The notes under the pieces were generated by a model. That model had not been told where the DNA came from, did no database searches, and saw nothing but the letters and a program-made list of their open reading frames with translations. Source: Nageia nagi (Eukaryota; Plantae; Pinophyta). From it: a stretch of 64,000 bases of DNA. The first letter of the stretch is position 1, and each line of letters begins with the position of its first letter. This document shows, in pieces, positions 26,901-41,253 of this stretch. The DNA is taken from NCBI GenBank assembly GCA_050084985.1, contig JBITNC010000001.1, forward strand, positions 136,090,001 to 136,154,000, in the 5' to 3' direction. A program made the translations under genes and the position numbers.

Positions 26901-27621
26901 TAAATGCCCAACCCAAAGCATTATCATAGTCCAATATATGGGATTTTTTAAATGTCTTCCCAATAAAGACATACATAAATCAAAGAAAAATAATGTGATA
27001 AATGCCTAATCCAAAGGGTTATCATATTCCAACAATTAATGATCATAAAACCATAAAAATGATGGTTATTTAATTTCCACCCAACAAGGATATGTATAAT
27101 TTCTAAACAACACATGATATCATATTTCTCAAAAAGTTTTGATAACATATATACTTGACCAAATATACATTTGACATAAGCAAGAATATGATCATAAAGA
27201 AATGATTTAATTTTTCCCAAACCAAAAATGATATCTTCAAACATTTACAAAGAGACTCATTCTATTTTCCAATAAAATAATTATGTATGCAATCAATACA
27301 ATAGCATTGTGCACAAACTAAAAATTAAATCCAAAAAAGATCAAGAGATAGAAATTTTTCTTGATAAATTTTCAAGTTCATGCCCCTAGGTCCTTCATTC
27401 TAAACCAAAGATAAAAATTACCCTAGAGCTAATGCTATTGGTAGCACCAATGTTGATCATCATAACCCAAATAAGACTAGTCCTTTACTACCATCATCTA
27501 ATAATATGCTTTTGACACAAATCTAACTAAAATTCATCTCAACTGATATCAAACCAAATTAATAAACTAATCTTTTTTCAACCAAATTAAAAATGTTAGC
27601 CTAGCATTGATGTTAGGATAT

Positions 27622-30600
27622 TATTAGGATCCCACATCCTAACATTTACTTAGGCTTATTTATGTTTTAATTAATTTAATTATTTGCTTGTATCGATGTG
27701 TAATGTGAACCATCATATTTTGTAAGGTGAAGCGCCTTTTTGAATGTAAATCGCCAATTAGGATAGGAGGACTATAAATACTTGTAAGAGGAAGAGGGGT
27801 AAAGAGAGCATATTGGAAAATCAATTTTCTTTTTGAGTTGTAAGGAGAAATACCCCTTGAAGTGGCCTTTGATTTGTATTGTTATCAATAAAGTTATTTT
27901 ATTATATTATTTGGTTGTTAATATGAATATATTATTCCATTTGCTTTACTTGATGCATTGTGAGTCTATGGTTATTTTGTATTTCAATATTTCTTATGGT
28001 ATTTAGGGGCAAAAACCCTTTTAAGTTCTTCTAGGTTCCAAACAAGTGGTATTAGAGCCTTGATTTTGGATACCTATGGGCATTTTTGTGTGGTCATACC
28101 AAGTGAGAAACCTAGAAATTATCCATTTTGCATCCAAAAATCTACCCAAATTTTTGTAGATTGGAAGGTTGCATTGAAGTGGAATATTAGAAATTTCTAT
28201 TTTTTAGTTAAAACTCTATCAATTTTTTTCAAAATCTCATAAAACCCTTAATTGTGTCACCCAAAATAGTAGTTCCAAAATAGGAAAAGACTTCTAGAGT
28301 GAATATCTCTCAAACCATGAGGAATTAGCAAATTCTAAGAGTGCTTAAGTTTAAAATTTTGAAAATCATCAAATTGAGACCTAGCCCATTGCTGATATTT
28401 TTTTGAGCTGATCATTTTGATATATAACACCTATACACTTTTTTTAGTTTCCAAAAATAGTAGCTACTAAAAAATAGTAAATCAAGACCTAGCTTGTCTT
28501 TCAAATGGAGGGAAGAAGATCTCAATACCCTACTCTCAAAAAATTAGATCATGAGTTTAAATAGCTCCAAGCTCAACTTGGTGGAGTTGACCTAAAATCT
28601 ATTTTTCAAGAGATAAATGGTAAATTCACTAAATTATTAAAGAAGAATGTTGGATTTGGCACTAAATAAGATTCTACGAACTTGAATTTATTACATGTAC
28701 ATAAAATAGCTCATACAACTCTACAATAATCATTTATGTAATAACCAACCTTGTCCCAAACTATACCAAGTATAATTTTTTAATAATATTTAAGGCATAA
28801 TACTCAATTGCAAGCATAATAGGTGCATATGGGAGCCTATCAAGCCTTCATCCTTCCAAGGATAACTAAGATGGATTTCCATAGATTTGATGAAGAGGAT
28901 CCAATGAGCTAGATTTATAGAACAAAATAATACTTTACATTGAATCAAATTCCTAAGGATCAAAAGGTAAATATTACTTCTTTTTCATTTGAAGTACGAG
29001 GCCATTTAGTGATATCAATGGTTTGAAAAAACTAATGGGACTCCTTTTTTGGGGGGATTTTACACAAAACAAAATTGGTGAGATTTGGCCCAAGTGATTT
29101 TGAGGATTTCACAAGAGCTCTTAAAAAACTTCAAGAAACATAAATGGTGAAAGAATATTAGACATAATTTGAAAATCTTACAAACCATACTGAGGGATTA
29201 GATGAATATTTTTTTAAGAGTTTATTCATTAGTATGTTGAAGGAAGACATCATGGTAGAAGTCAAAATTTTTAATCCTAGGATTATGATATAGGCTACTA
29301 GGTTGGCAAAATTGGCAAAAGAAAAATTCAATGCCCAATGTTGACAAGGGAAGAAACCATTCAACAAACCTCAAGGTTCTCAAGCTACTACTAAACCTAC
29401 CCATTCATTTCAAATTAATCAACTTAGTCAAGAGGAAATGAATGAGTGTATAATAAAGGCCCTTTGCTATAATTATAATGAAAAGTATGCACTTGATAAT
29501 TGGTGTGCTACAAAGAGGTTGTATTTGTTTAAGGCTAATGTTTTTTATTATTTATAGGATGATACTATTGTTAAGAAAGTAACTAATGAGCCTAAAATAA
29601 CTGAAGAAGATGTTCCTATAATTTCTTGTAGCGCCCTTGTAGTAATTATGACACCACAAATAATGAAGGTTCATGGATATTTTAAAAAGTAGTCTATCAT
29701 AATTTTACTTGACTCAAGAAGTACACATAATTTCATTAATCCTTGGTTGGCCAAATAGGCTAATTATTATATATATCCTCAACATAATTTTGAAGTAATG
29801 ATTGGAAATGGAGGTAGAATTTCTTGGAAGAGAAAATACTATAATGTTAAGATCAACATGGGTGATTATCACATGTAAAGTGATATGTATGTACTTCCAT
29901 TGGGAGGGTGTGATGTGATCCTAGAATTTCAATGGTTGTGAACATTGAGACTTATACTATGTGACTTGCTTAAACTATGGATAAAATTCATTACTGTAGG
30001 ACATACATATCAAGTCAGTGGACTACATGCTAGTCCATCATATATTATAAGTTCTCATTATATGGAAAATCTTATTTGAAAAGGAAAAAATGGTATGGTA
30101 AGACATCTATTTGCAATACAAACAATTACACAAGAGGGAGGTGCATTAGCAGAGCTGCAAAAACTATTGCAACATCATGAGAAGGTTTTTGAAGAACCAA
30201 AAGGATTACCCCCTAATTGCCCTCAAGACCACACTATATAACTAATTCCTAGCAGTAAACCACCTAATATTCAGTTGTATCACTATCCTTTTTGCAAAAA
30301 GATGAAATTGAAAATTTACTATAGGAGATGTTGGAAGTAGGGATTATCAAGCCAAGTGTTAGTCCTTACTCTTTGTCTATCATATTAGTCTAAAAAAAAG
30401 ATAGATCTTAGCAGTCATGCATAGACTTTTAGGCTCTTAATAAAGTAATTATGAAAGATAAATTTCCTATTCTTATCATTGATTAATAGCTAGATGAGCT
30501 ACATGGAGCTAAATACTTCTCAAAACTAGATCTATGATTGGGATTTTAGCATATCTAACTCTATGAAGAAGATATTCAAAAAATATCTTTTTAGATGTAT

Positions 30601-33299
30601 GAGGGTCATCATGAATTTTTAGTAATGTCATATAACCTAACTAATGCTCCTTCAACATTCTAGAGTTTAATGAATTAGGCATTTTCCCCTCATCTTCATA
30701 AATTTCTTTTAGTTTTATTTAATGATATTTTGATCTACAATAAGACATGGGAGGATTATTTGGCATACTTAGATCAAACTTTGCAATTACTTCAAGAGCA
30801 TCAATTATATGCAAATAAATCCAAGTGTTCCTTTGGGCTATATGAGATTGAATACTTTGGGCATGTCATTTCTAAGGATGGAGTCAAAGTAGATCCATAT
30901 ATAACTACAGACATGCAAGATTGGCCTATTCCAAAATCACTCAAGGGACCATAAGGATTTATGGGTTTAACAAGTTACTATCAAAAATTTGTAAAGAATA
31001 TTTCTATAAACTAAAGGAGGTAATGTGCTCTACCCCTATTTTAGCCATGCCATATTTTTCCAAAACATTTATAATTGATATTATTGCCTCTAGATTACAG
31101 ACCCTTGGTTTTCACTAGTAAGGCATTATCAAGCCAAAATTTGGCTATATCCACCTATGAAAAGGAGATGCTAGCAATAATTCATGTAATTCAAAAATGG
31201 AGATCCTACTTCATTGGTCAACATTTTATTAAATGGACATATCACCATAGTATAAAGTATGTTATGGAATAATGAATTATGATAACTAAACAACAAAAGT
31301 AGGTGACCAAACTATTAGGGTATGACTACGAAATAGTGTATAAAAAGGGTTCAAATAATATGGTTGTGAATACTCTTTCCTATAAATTTGAGGAACCTAC
31401 AGCACTTCAAGCAATTTCACTACCACTTCCTTAGTGGCTAGAGCAATTGAAATGGGAATGGCTTCAAGATGATTGAATTTAGGCATTAATTCAACAACTT
31501 CATACTAATCTTGCTAGTAAATTGAATTTCTCTTGGGAATATGGAGTTTTATATTTCAAAGGTTGCATTACATTGCCATCCACTTCTTCTTGTATGAAAT
31601 CAATACTTAAGGAATTGCATGTTGCACTATTAACCAAACACTCAAGGTTTCTTAAAACTTATAAAAGAGTTTTTTGACCTTTTTATTAGGATAAAATGAA
31701 ATAGGAAATCCAGAAATTTATTTTTGAATGTGATGTTTATCATCATTAGAAAGGTAAAATAGTTGGCACTTTTGGTTTACTTATGTTCTTACCTATCCCA
31801 AGTTGTACTTGGATTGATATTTTGATGGACTTCATTGAAGGTATCCCCAAGTATCAAGGTAAATATATTATTCTGATGGTAGCTAATCAGTTATCTAAGT
31901 ATCCATAATTTTTCTCTTTATCACATCCATTTAAAGTTATCAATGTGGCTCAACTTTTTATTGATAATATTTTCAAGCTTCATTGTATGCCCTCTATCAT
32001 AGTTATTGATCAAGACCCTATATTCATTAGTAAATTCTAGTAAGAATTTTTTAAACTATAAGGAACTCAACTCAAAATGAGTTTGACCTATCACCCCTAA
32101 ATTGGTGGATAGTCTAAAAGTATTAATAAGTGCTTGAAAACCTATTTGTGTTATTTTGCATCAGCCCAACTAGTTCATTGGGTAAAATGGCTTCCTTTGG
32201 CAGAATGATGGTATAACACTTCATACCATATAACTATTTAGATAATACCATATTAAGCATTGTACATTTAGGCACCACTCACAATAGCAACATATATCCC
32301 AGGTAGCATGAAGGTCTAATTAGTTGATACTAATTTACATACTCACGAAGATATTCTTTGTATTCTTCAAGAGAATTTATGGAGTGCTCAACACTATATG
32401 TAGTAATAGGATGATTATAATCATATGAAATGGGAATTTCAAGAAGGTGATATGGTCTTCCTGCACCTTTAGCCATATAGACATAAATCCTTAAGTATTA
32501 AAGGTTCTCAAAAATTAGCTCCAAAATTTTATGACCTTACAAAGTTCTCCAACACATTAGACCTGTTGCTCATAAGTTAGAGTTATCAATGTCCTCCAAG
32601 GTTCATCCTATATTTCAAGTTTCATGTCTGAAAAAGGTATTGGGATCATAGGTTCAAATTCAATAAGAGTTACTAGAATTCACTAATGATGGCTCCATCA
32701 AGAGTGAACCCAAAGTAGTCTTGGACAAATGCATACTCAACCTTCATCATCACATTATAACTTAGGTTTTGATTTAGTGTTGGGGTCTAGCACTTGAATA
32801 TGCAACATGGGAAAAATCTAATGAGTTTTAATAGGAGTTTTTAAGTTTCCAACTTTGAGGAGAAAGTTTTTTTCTAAGAGGCATGTTAGGATCCCACATC
32901 CTAGTATTTACTTAAGCTTATTTATGTTTTAGTTAATTTAATTATTTTCTTATATCAAATTGTAATATGAACCATCATAGTTTGTAAGTTGAAGCATCAT
33001 TTTGAATGTAAACTACCAATTAGGGTAGGAGGACTATAAATACTTGTAAGAGAAGTAAAGAGAGAATCTTGGAAAATTAATTATGTTTTTGAGTTGCAAG
33101 GAGGAAGCCCCCTTAAAGTAGCCTATGATTTGTATTGCTATCAGTAAATTTATTTTGTTATGTTATCTAGTTGTTAATCTAAGTATATTATTCCATTTTC
33201 TTTACTTGATGAATGATGAGTTTGTGGTTATTTTATATTTTAGTATTTCTTATGGTATTCGATTCAAAACCCCATTTTAGTTTTCCTAGATTCCTAATA
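27622..33299 (+). mobile_element. Full-length fossil Ty3/gypsy chromovirus (Reina-like size); LTRs 27622-28044 and 32884-33299
   Basis: TSD GATAT/GATAC. PBS TGGTATTAGAGCC at 28047 (tRNA-iMet type). LTR pair T[A/G]TTAGGATCCCACATCCT... Domain order gag-PR-RT-RH-INT-chromodomain. Confidence 0.92.
28860..32860 (+). pseudogene. Chromovirus gag-pol polyprotein pseudogene
   Basis: KMDFHRFDEEDP (gag); LLDSRSTHNFI (protease, ~29705); KDKFPI, YFSKLDL, LTNAPSTF, FNDILIY (RT, ~30450-30740); LAISTYEKEMLAI (RH, ~31140); WIDILMDFIEG, YHP (integrase); EPKVVLD...ATWE (chromodomain, ~32705-32812). Confidence 0.9.
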
Positions 33300-34557
33300 G
33301 ATACTTACATATTTTGATATTGTAATTTTTACTAACTAAACCTCTAATTCATATTGATATTTCTAAAACTAATTCTTGACAATTAAGATTGAATCCAAAA
33401 TAAAAAATTCCAAACCAAAATTGAATTCCTAATCCATACATGACTAAATTCAGAACTAATGCTCATACTAAACTTAAAAACTATCATATAATGGGTTACA
33501 CCAATTCATATTTATAATATCATAACATAATTAATTATAAAAACATTTATTTGATTTAAAACATATCAAATTCTTTATGGCAACTCAGACTTAGCAATTT
33601 TTGGTCATGACAATTTTGGCAATATTAACATGCATAGCAACTTATGAACCATTGCAAGGTTATCACATCAAGAAAGAAACCATAAAATCATATTCACTAT
33701 CTCAACAATTAATATGCATATCTGATTTTTGTTGAACTTGAATTACCATAATAAAAACTTGCTTTCTTGACACTCTTGCAATTTCTTGGCAACTTTTCGA
33801 TAATATTTTGGTAACTTTTGTACTTATGCTTGAAACAACTCCAAATTGCATGAAACCATGATAAATAATTATCAAAAAATAGTTATAAAATTTATTACAT
33901 ACTTACCTTCAAATATGATCTTTTATTTTCTCCATTCATGATTTTGACCCACTTGGTTCATGACTAGCCCATCCTTGCAAAACCTATCATTTTTACGAAC
34001 TTGCCAACTGGCAAGAAGCATAACTTATGGTACACATATAATATTGACCTTATTCTTTTTGCATATAAAATAATAAATAACATAATTTTCTCAAAATATC
34101 ATACATGATCATGTTCTAAGCAAGAATGACTGATTGAGGGGCTAAATCATACTTATTTCACACTTTGTAGACCTAAAATCTTCAAATGACCATAATTTTT
34201 GATCTGTAAAGAATTTTGAGATGACTCTTTTTTTAATTTACATGATTTTTCAAGCTCTTTATAAATATAAAATTATATTTTACTTCTATTATCAATTACC
34301 CTAACATCAGCATTGGGAGTCCTTAAGAAAAACATATCAAAATTCACCCTAGAAATATTTATTATCAATCTAAACCTAACATTTATGATCCCTAATATTT
34401 CATGTCTGATATTTTTTATTTTTAGGATTTATATCTCCCTAAAATATCTTTGACAATTTTGACATACTTGGATAAATTTTAATAAACATGGATGAATTGG
34501 AGAAACTTAGATAATGTGACCAAAAAGATATGTAGACAAAAACACATAACAAAATGA

Positions 34558-34735
34558 TGGTTAATTTTACCCCCAACAAACAAAGGGGAAAATAATACAA
34601 GTAAAGGTTGATTATGCCCCCAACCTACAAAGGGTAAAATAATAAAATTGAAGGTTAATTATGCCTCCAACCTACAAAGGGTAAAATAACACAAGTGAAG
34701 GTTAATTATGCCTTCAACATACAAAGGGAAAAAGA
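34558..34735. repeat. Tandem array, ~46-bp unit, 4 copies, inside element B1
   Basis: GGTTAATTATGCCCCCAACCTACAAAGGGTAAAATAA... repeated; a related ~39-bp x3 array lies at ~9580-9690. Confidence 0.85.
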
Positions 34736-37700
34736 ACACAAAATGCAAAATGAAATGTAATCTATCCTATGTAAAATGCATGCCTAACCTATATGATAAT
34801 GCACTTCTTATATATATGAAACATAATGAATATAAAAATTTCATGTAAAATTTAGGTAACTTATTTTTCATTTCTTGACATATTGCCTTACCAATTCTAA
34901 TGGTTATTTATATTCCATATTTTTCATGTATCATTTTGAATATGGATGATGAATATGGTAGAGTTTGCATTACCAAAAAAATAAATTATTATTTTTCTTG
35001 AATTAGGTATGTTTGTACTAGCAACTCTATTAATACATAATCATATTCAACAAACTCATTAAGAACACTAGTAGCAACATAAATGTCATCATTAGTATTT
35101 TCAATATCCTCACTATTTATATCATTGGCATCATTAGATTCATCTATAAGCCCTTTTTATTCTTCAAAAAAATTTCATTTTTTCAACAAGTAATTTTTCC
35201 ACTTTGTAGAAGTTTATGGAATTTTTTCTTCATGCTAATACATCCATTAGTTAAATGATCTTTGACTTTGTGATATAAGCAAACATTATTCTCTTTATAC
35301 CAACTATGTTTCCTTTTATTTACATCATATTCCTTTCCCTTTTTTGATGTTATCAATCCTTTTTCTAACCAAGCTTTAAACATTTTTGTAGGATCCATTA
35401 GCAATTTATAAAAATATTCATCTTTACTTTTTCTTCACTCATAGAAACATTAGTATTAAAATAACAAGTGCAATATTCTTATTCAGAATATGAGTATGAA
35501 TGCTCATATTGGTGTGAATGTTGGTGTTTATCATTCAAAAGAAAATCATCCAATTCATATTCATTACTTATGAAATCATATAAATATCTAGCTACCTTAG
35601 ATGCATTACATTTACCCTTCTCGCTCTTTAGATATTCAATAAAATCATTTAAATGATTATTTCTAATGAGGCATATTTATGAAGTATTTTTTCACATATC
35701 TTATTCGAGAAAAGAAACTATACCAATATACTTAGTACCAATTGCAACATCCATTGCATGAAGAAAGTCAACAAAATCATCTTTAGTTAGAATAGTAGTA
35801 TCATTAACATTGGAAATGATATATCATTAGTAATATCATTCAAAGAAATATCATCAATCATAGATTCTTGACTATCATTATCATTAGTTTGAGTATCAAC
35901 ATCATAATAAAATCACTAGTAACAATATTATTAGCAACATGATCCTTAACAATATCATCATCATTTTTAATTTTCTTAAGTATGTTCCTTACCTCATGAA
36001 GCTCCTCATCTTTGACATTTGTAGTAGGCATATAATTATGACCAAACATAACACATATTGTAATACATAAGCTACTAAATAATGTTATTCATGTCACACA
36101 TATTAGTACAATAGCACATAGAAAAACAAATCATGATATACATGTAGGATATATTATGGAAGATAATATGCCATTATGTGCAAAATATGATTTTTAAAAA
36201 GCACCAATATGTCCCATAAATAATTATATATGAATGAGATTAAAAAATTTAATGCAAAAACTCACCAATTTAACCAAAATGAGCTTCAAAATCAAGGGCT
36301 TTATGCAAAAATGAAATTTCAAAAAAAATCTCAACTCAAAATCCCATGAAAATGCATACAAGAAAATCCAATATTATCCTTTAAAAGTTGCCTACATGAA
36401 TATCTAGGATTCAAGTAAAATTCTAGGGTGAAAATGCACACTAAATCTTCAAACATTAGGCTTAAAATCAAGTGTTTTGACCAAAAGTGAAATTCTACAA
36501 AATAAAAATACCCTCAATATTTTGATAATTCTAAAGTAGTAATGATTTATAATTTTATAAAAAACAATTATGATAAATAAAGAGCAAACAAAATTGATAT
36601 GGATTCCTATGAAAAATTATATAAAAAATATGATATGCTAAAATCACAAAAAAATAGAGTAGGTTCGAGCAACACTTTCCAACCCTTATTAAGAGATGGA
36701 TATGCTACAAAAATTTAGGCACCAATATGTTGAATGTTTGTAGTGACCCCTAGGATAACCTAAGTAAAAACTATGCTAAACATTCACATGTGATAATACA
36801 TAATAATATGTAAAAAACCAAATAATAAGGAATACAATAATCTGAAATACTTGAATAATGAAATAATGTATAAATGAAGTATTCAAATTATTGGATCAGG
36901 TTTGATGCTAAATAAACCTAAGAAGATAAGAGATTCAAAAGAGATAAATACCCATCACCTTACCTATATGCTTAATAGATATGAATATAGGAACTTATCA
37001 TGGATAGGCAATCTTGATATACAAACTCCACACCAATAGCAGATAGGAACACCAACACAGATGTATATGATAGCATAGATGTTGATCTCAAAAATAGTAA
37101 TGCTAATTCCAATGAAAGAATGGATGCTAAGCTTCCAATTAGTACATTCTACAACTAAGATGTAAATAATAGTATAATAAATGTAACCCTAATCTATCAT
37201 ATAATAATGAAATGAAATAATGATAGTGCTCATTTGATAATCAAATCTCTATCCCAATAAGCAACATTGAAGAATACCTTGGAAGATAATAAGCATAAGT
37301 ATATCAAGAAGAGATCTCATGATGAACCCATGTGAGTTATTCCCCCCTTATAGGTAAGTGTAATCCTTCATAGAATGCCTTGAGGCTAGCACTAATTTTG
37401 GGGTACCTATGAGAATAGAAAGATACCACATGAGTAATGTTTTATAACATGACAACATAGCAAATAATCATATAAATGATATAATGTAACATTGATATAA
37501 TAAAATACTTAATAACATGATATAATATTAATATGATAAAATACCTAAGTGTGACCACCTTAGTTGGACCAAAATTAGGTGTCAACATAGTGTTTTCCAT
37601 GCCTTATCATACCACATTCAAGATTTAGATGACATCATTACATCTACTATGCAACACTCAATGCACTTACCTTACCAATATTTCATAGGCCTTTGGTTAC

Positions 37701-38179
37701 CATAATCCTATTTTATTATACAAAAGTTAATGTATTTCACCTTGCTCAGCTTAGACTTTCTTCTACTGATAGCATCACCCTTTTGCACTACTTCCTTCAT
37801 CTCAGAACTAGGATCATTGATGTCATCAATCTCATTATCCTAGAATTAGTATTTTTTCACTCTCTTATGAATTCTCAATATCTTTATTCCATTTTTCTTA
37901 TATCACTCAGATTAATCATCCATATATCATTATTTAGTCTCTTCTTGGGATTCCATCTTGCTACTACTAATATCATCATTATCTAATGCTTAAAATTACA
38001 TTAAATGGATCTACCTTTGGCTATGCTTACATCATTGATCAAAATACATTACTTATTTCACCTAAGATCCCAAATTAAGGCATTTAGCCTTCAAATGTTT
38101 AATTTGTATTAGATAAATATGTTCTATTAGTTTAAATAGATCCAAAGAAAGGAAAAATATTATAGTTACAAGTTCTTGT

Positions 38180-38885
38180 GTTCAGTGACATATTCTTTGA
38201 GTATTAAAGCATCAAAATATGTGGAATCTTGTCTCAAAATGTTATACAAAAGTAGATGCAACAATCTATGCATTACTCATAGTTGATGACAAAGCCCTAT
38301 TTGCATTACAAAGTAGGATTGATGTTTAAATCTTCCCTAAGATTGCAAAATGTAAAGTTTTTAAATATTCTTGGGATATACTTGAGAGTGCTTATAAAGG
38401 CTCCTTTAAGGTCATAATACCTAAATAATAGATTCTCCATAATATTTTGAATCTCTTATAATTTTTTATGAATAATTCATTAAGGTCTTCATGAACATAG
38501 TTCAAAATATAGTTAATGGAATTCATTCACATGGTGAGGAACTTAATGATACCCAAATCATAAATAAGGTTCTCAAAAGCCTTCCTTATAAGTTTGATCC
38601 TATCACCATTACCATTGAGAAGTCTAAGGACTTAATGCAACTCTCTCTAGTTGAGTTTCTTGGAAGCTTATAGACCTATTAGAATAGGATCAAAGATCAT
38701 TCTAAGGACCTTGATCAAGCATTCCAAGGAAAATTCAGAATAAATGTCTAACCTTTCACTTCCTCTAGTTTAGATTCTTCTTCAAGAGGTTATGATAGAG
38801 GTCATGGTAGTAGTGATCATGGACGAGGTGTCCATGGTATAGGAAGAGGTTAGTCAAATAGTAGAATCTAGAGCTCATCCCTTAG
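38180..38885 (+). pseudogene. Ty1/copia gag remnant, third and more complete copy
   Basis: DDKALFALQS..IFPKIAKC..WDILESAYKG, then ORF 38491-38673 NIVNGIHSHGEELNDTQIINKVLKSLPYKFDPITITIEKSKDL. Confidence 0.85.
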
Positions 38886-41096
38886 TATTACGATTTTTTT
38901 GGAAATCCATTTGGGATTAGAGATATCAACCTTCTTCATCACAATATTCCACCTCCACATATTCTTCTTCTCAAAATGGTTTTTATTGTCTCTAATCCTA
39001 ATGTCTAATGAATGCCACTCTTTTATGTGAGAAATAATCTATATTTTTTGGATCTATATGAAGAGCATCATTCCGTTAAACTACATAATTATCATCTTTT
39101 ATTTCTTTATGCAATAACTCTCTATCATGATCAAATCCAACACCTCCTCCAAATTCTCCTTATGGTGACAATTCAACCTGGGAAACTAGAGTGCTTCATT
39201 TAGAGTTACTATGTTCATTGGTGTATTGTTGTACATCAATATAAATAACTTCCTTATCATTCAAAAAATAAACAATATCCCCAATTTCTTTCTTAAGTTT
39301 AGATATAAACTCTTACAATCATGCTTCCTCTGTATCTCATTATACACTTACTTGCAAGAAGAGTAGCTATGGTGCTACTCTTTTCTATACCTAATTTAAA
39401 TCACAAATTCCTTCCAAAGTTAATATTTCTAATAATTCTAATATATCAAATGGTTTTTTATAAAAAATGATGATTAGTTGTAGCCTTTTTGTCCATATTT
39501 AGCCTCTTTGTTGATTCTTCTTCTTTTTTTTGTATCTCCATAATATGATTCTTCACTAACCTCATCAATATTTTTCATTATATCCTTACAAATAGAAAGA
39601 TTATTTTTTCAACATTCCTATCACTTTTTTTGATAGGTAACCTCATAGGGTTCCTAGATCTAACAAATCTCTTCCTTCTCTTGTTATATACAATAAGGGT
39701 TATTATTGGTTCAATTTGTTTATCCATGTCTACAACACTTAAACACAATATTATTTCTATCTAATAACCATAGGGCTTTTGGTACAACTAGTAAAAACCA
39801 ACTTACAATATAAAAATATTGACTTTACCAAATTGTTGATAATAAAAATTGATTAAATATTTAATTTGATATCAATTATAATAAAATTATAAAATAATTA
39901 AATAATAATAAATAATAGAATTAATGAAAATGAGATCTACATACTTATATGATCTTAATCTATCAAATTTAAATTCAAATAAATATAAACTTGTTTTCTA
40001 CCTATTCTAATTAGATCATAGCCCATATTTAACCTCCATATCATCAAGACAAATCACTCCCAAAATCTAAACTTACATCCTCACCTCTAGCATAGGACAT
40101 TGAAATGTAGGAATTGATCCTAATAGTTTTGGTTGACTTATATTTTTTAGCTCTTTGGTTTGTATTCAACATGCACCAAGTCGATCTGCATGATCAATTG
40201 GTAGGTAGGAGTTTGATTAGGATCAATAGGCCAAGTGGAGATTGATTAGGGCCAATTGTATAGGTAGAACCAATCAATAGGATGGTTTGACCAATTAGTA
40301 ATGGAATTGTAGTCGACCTTATGGTGGTTGATCCTAATAATCTAATTGATTTGATGGTAGTACAATACAACTATAGAGATGGGAAAGTCTATTTTAAATT
40401 TAGGAACTCACTCTTGGTGTTATTTTTATGATAAGAACTAAGGTTGCATAGGATGGAAAATTTTAGACATAAAGTTATTCTAGTTTGGACTAAAAATAAG
40501 ACTGTAGATCTATATATGTAAGATTGATTGAAACAACAAGAATGGTGAATGTGATGTAATGAAATTGGACATAATAGTTTTCATAAGTGTGAGAAATACG
40601 AAGAGGAGGTAAATACTTGTGAGAGAGACTATTTTAATGAGGATTCCTTGTAAGAACCAAAGAGAAAGGTACATTGGTTTGATTTTTGGTTGTATTTTTT
40701 AGTGTCTTTGGATTGATTGAATAAAAAAAAATGGATATTTTTTATGGATGTATCCCACATTATATGAACTCTTTTACATAGTTTGACTTCTCTTATGTTA
40801 TCTTATTTTCTTCTAGTTTTAAGTTGACTAATTGTTCAACTATAATTTTATATAATGAATCCTAACAAGTGGTATCAAATGTTAGAGTTAGTTAAGCTTG
40901 CTAGGTTAGGGTATCTAACTTTAGAGTCCCTAAGTTAGTTATCATTTACTATTTACGATCATTGAATGTTTACCGTTGTTTTGTAAAACCATGTGCACAA
41001 TACCATGTGCTCAAACCATGGTATTCGTTCTTGTAAATGCCTATTTATAGGCATGTCTCATTGTATCAATATAAGTTTTTCCCCTTTTTCCTTTCA

Positions 41097-41108
41097 TGGT
41101 ATCAGAGC
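41097..41108 (+). promoter_or_regulatory. Primer-binding site (tRNA-iMet) of element G
   Basis: Exact TGGTATCAGAGC directly abutting the 5' LTR. Confidence 0.95.
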
Positions 41109-41253
41109 GGGTCGACCTCTGAACCTGACCTCAATTTGATCAACAAATCTGTGAAGGGGGGTTGGCCTCCTTGAGCCAATCCCCCCTCACCTCCATTTTT
41201 TTGTTGCATTCAATTTTGTAGATGACCTATTTTTGCTCCTTGGCATCGAGAGA

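Larger units (their letters stand above)
18329..27192. repeat. Segmental duplication, copy 2 (paralog of 4734-14003)
   Basis: Same colinear similarity as copy 1; carries the private insertion 18498-23492. Confidence 0.85.
25156..37587 (-). mobile_element. Non-autonomous Tat-like gypsy element B1, copy 2; LTRs 25156-25959 and 36728-37587; hosts a chromovirus insertion
   Basis: TGTTGA...TCAATA/TCAACA termini. rc-PPT TTTCCCCCTT at ~25961; rc-PBS TTAGGCACCA at ~36715. Gag knuckle remnant WYKENNVCLYHKVKDHLTNGC (ORF 35183-35404). TSD imperfect (CATTG vs TAGTG). Confidence 0.78.
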
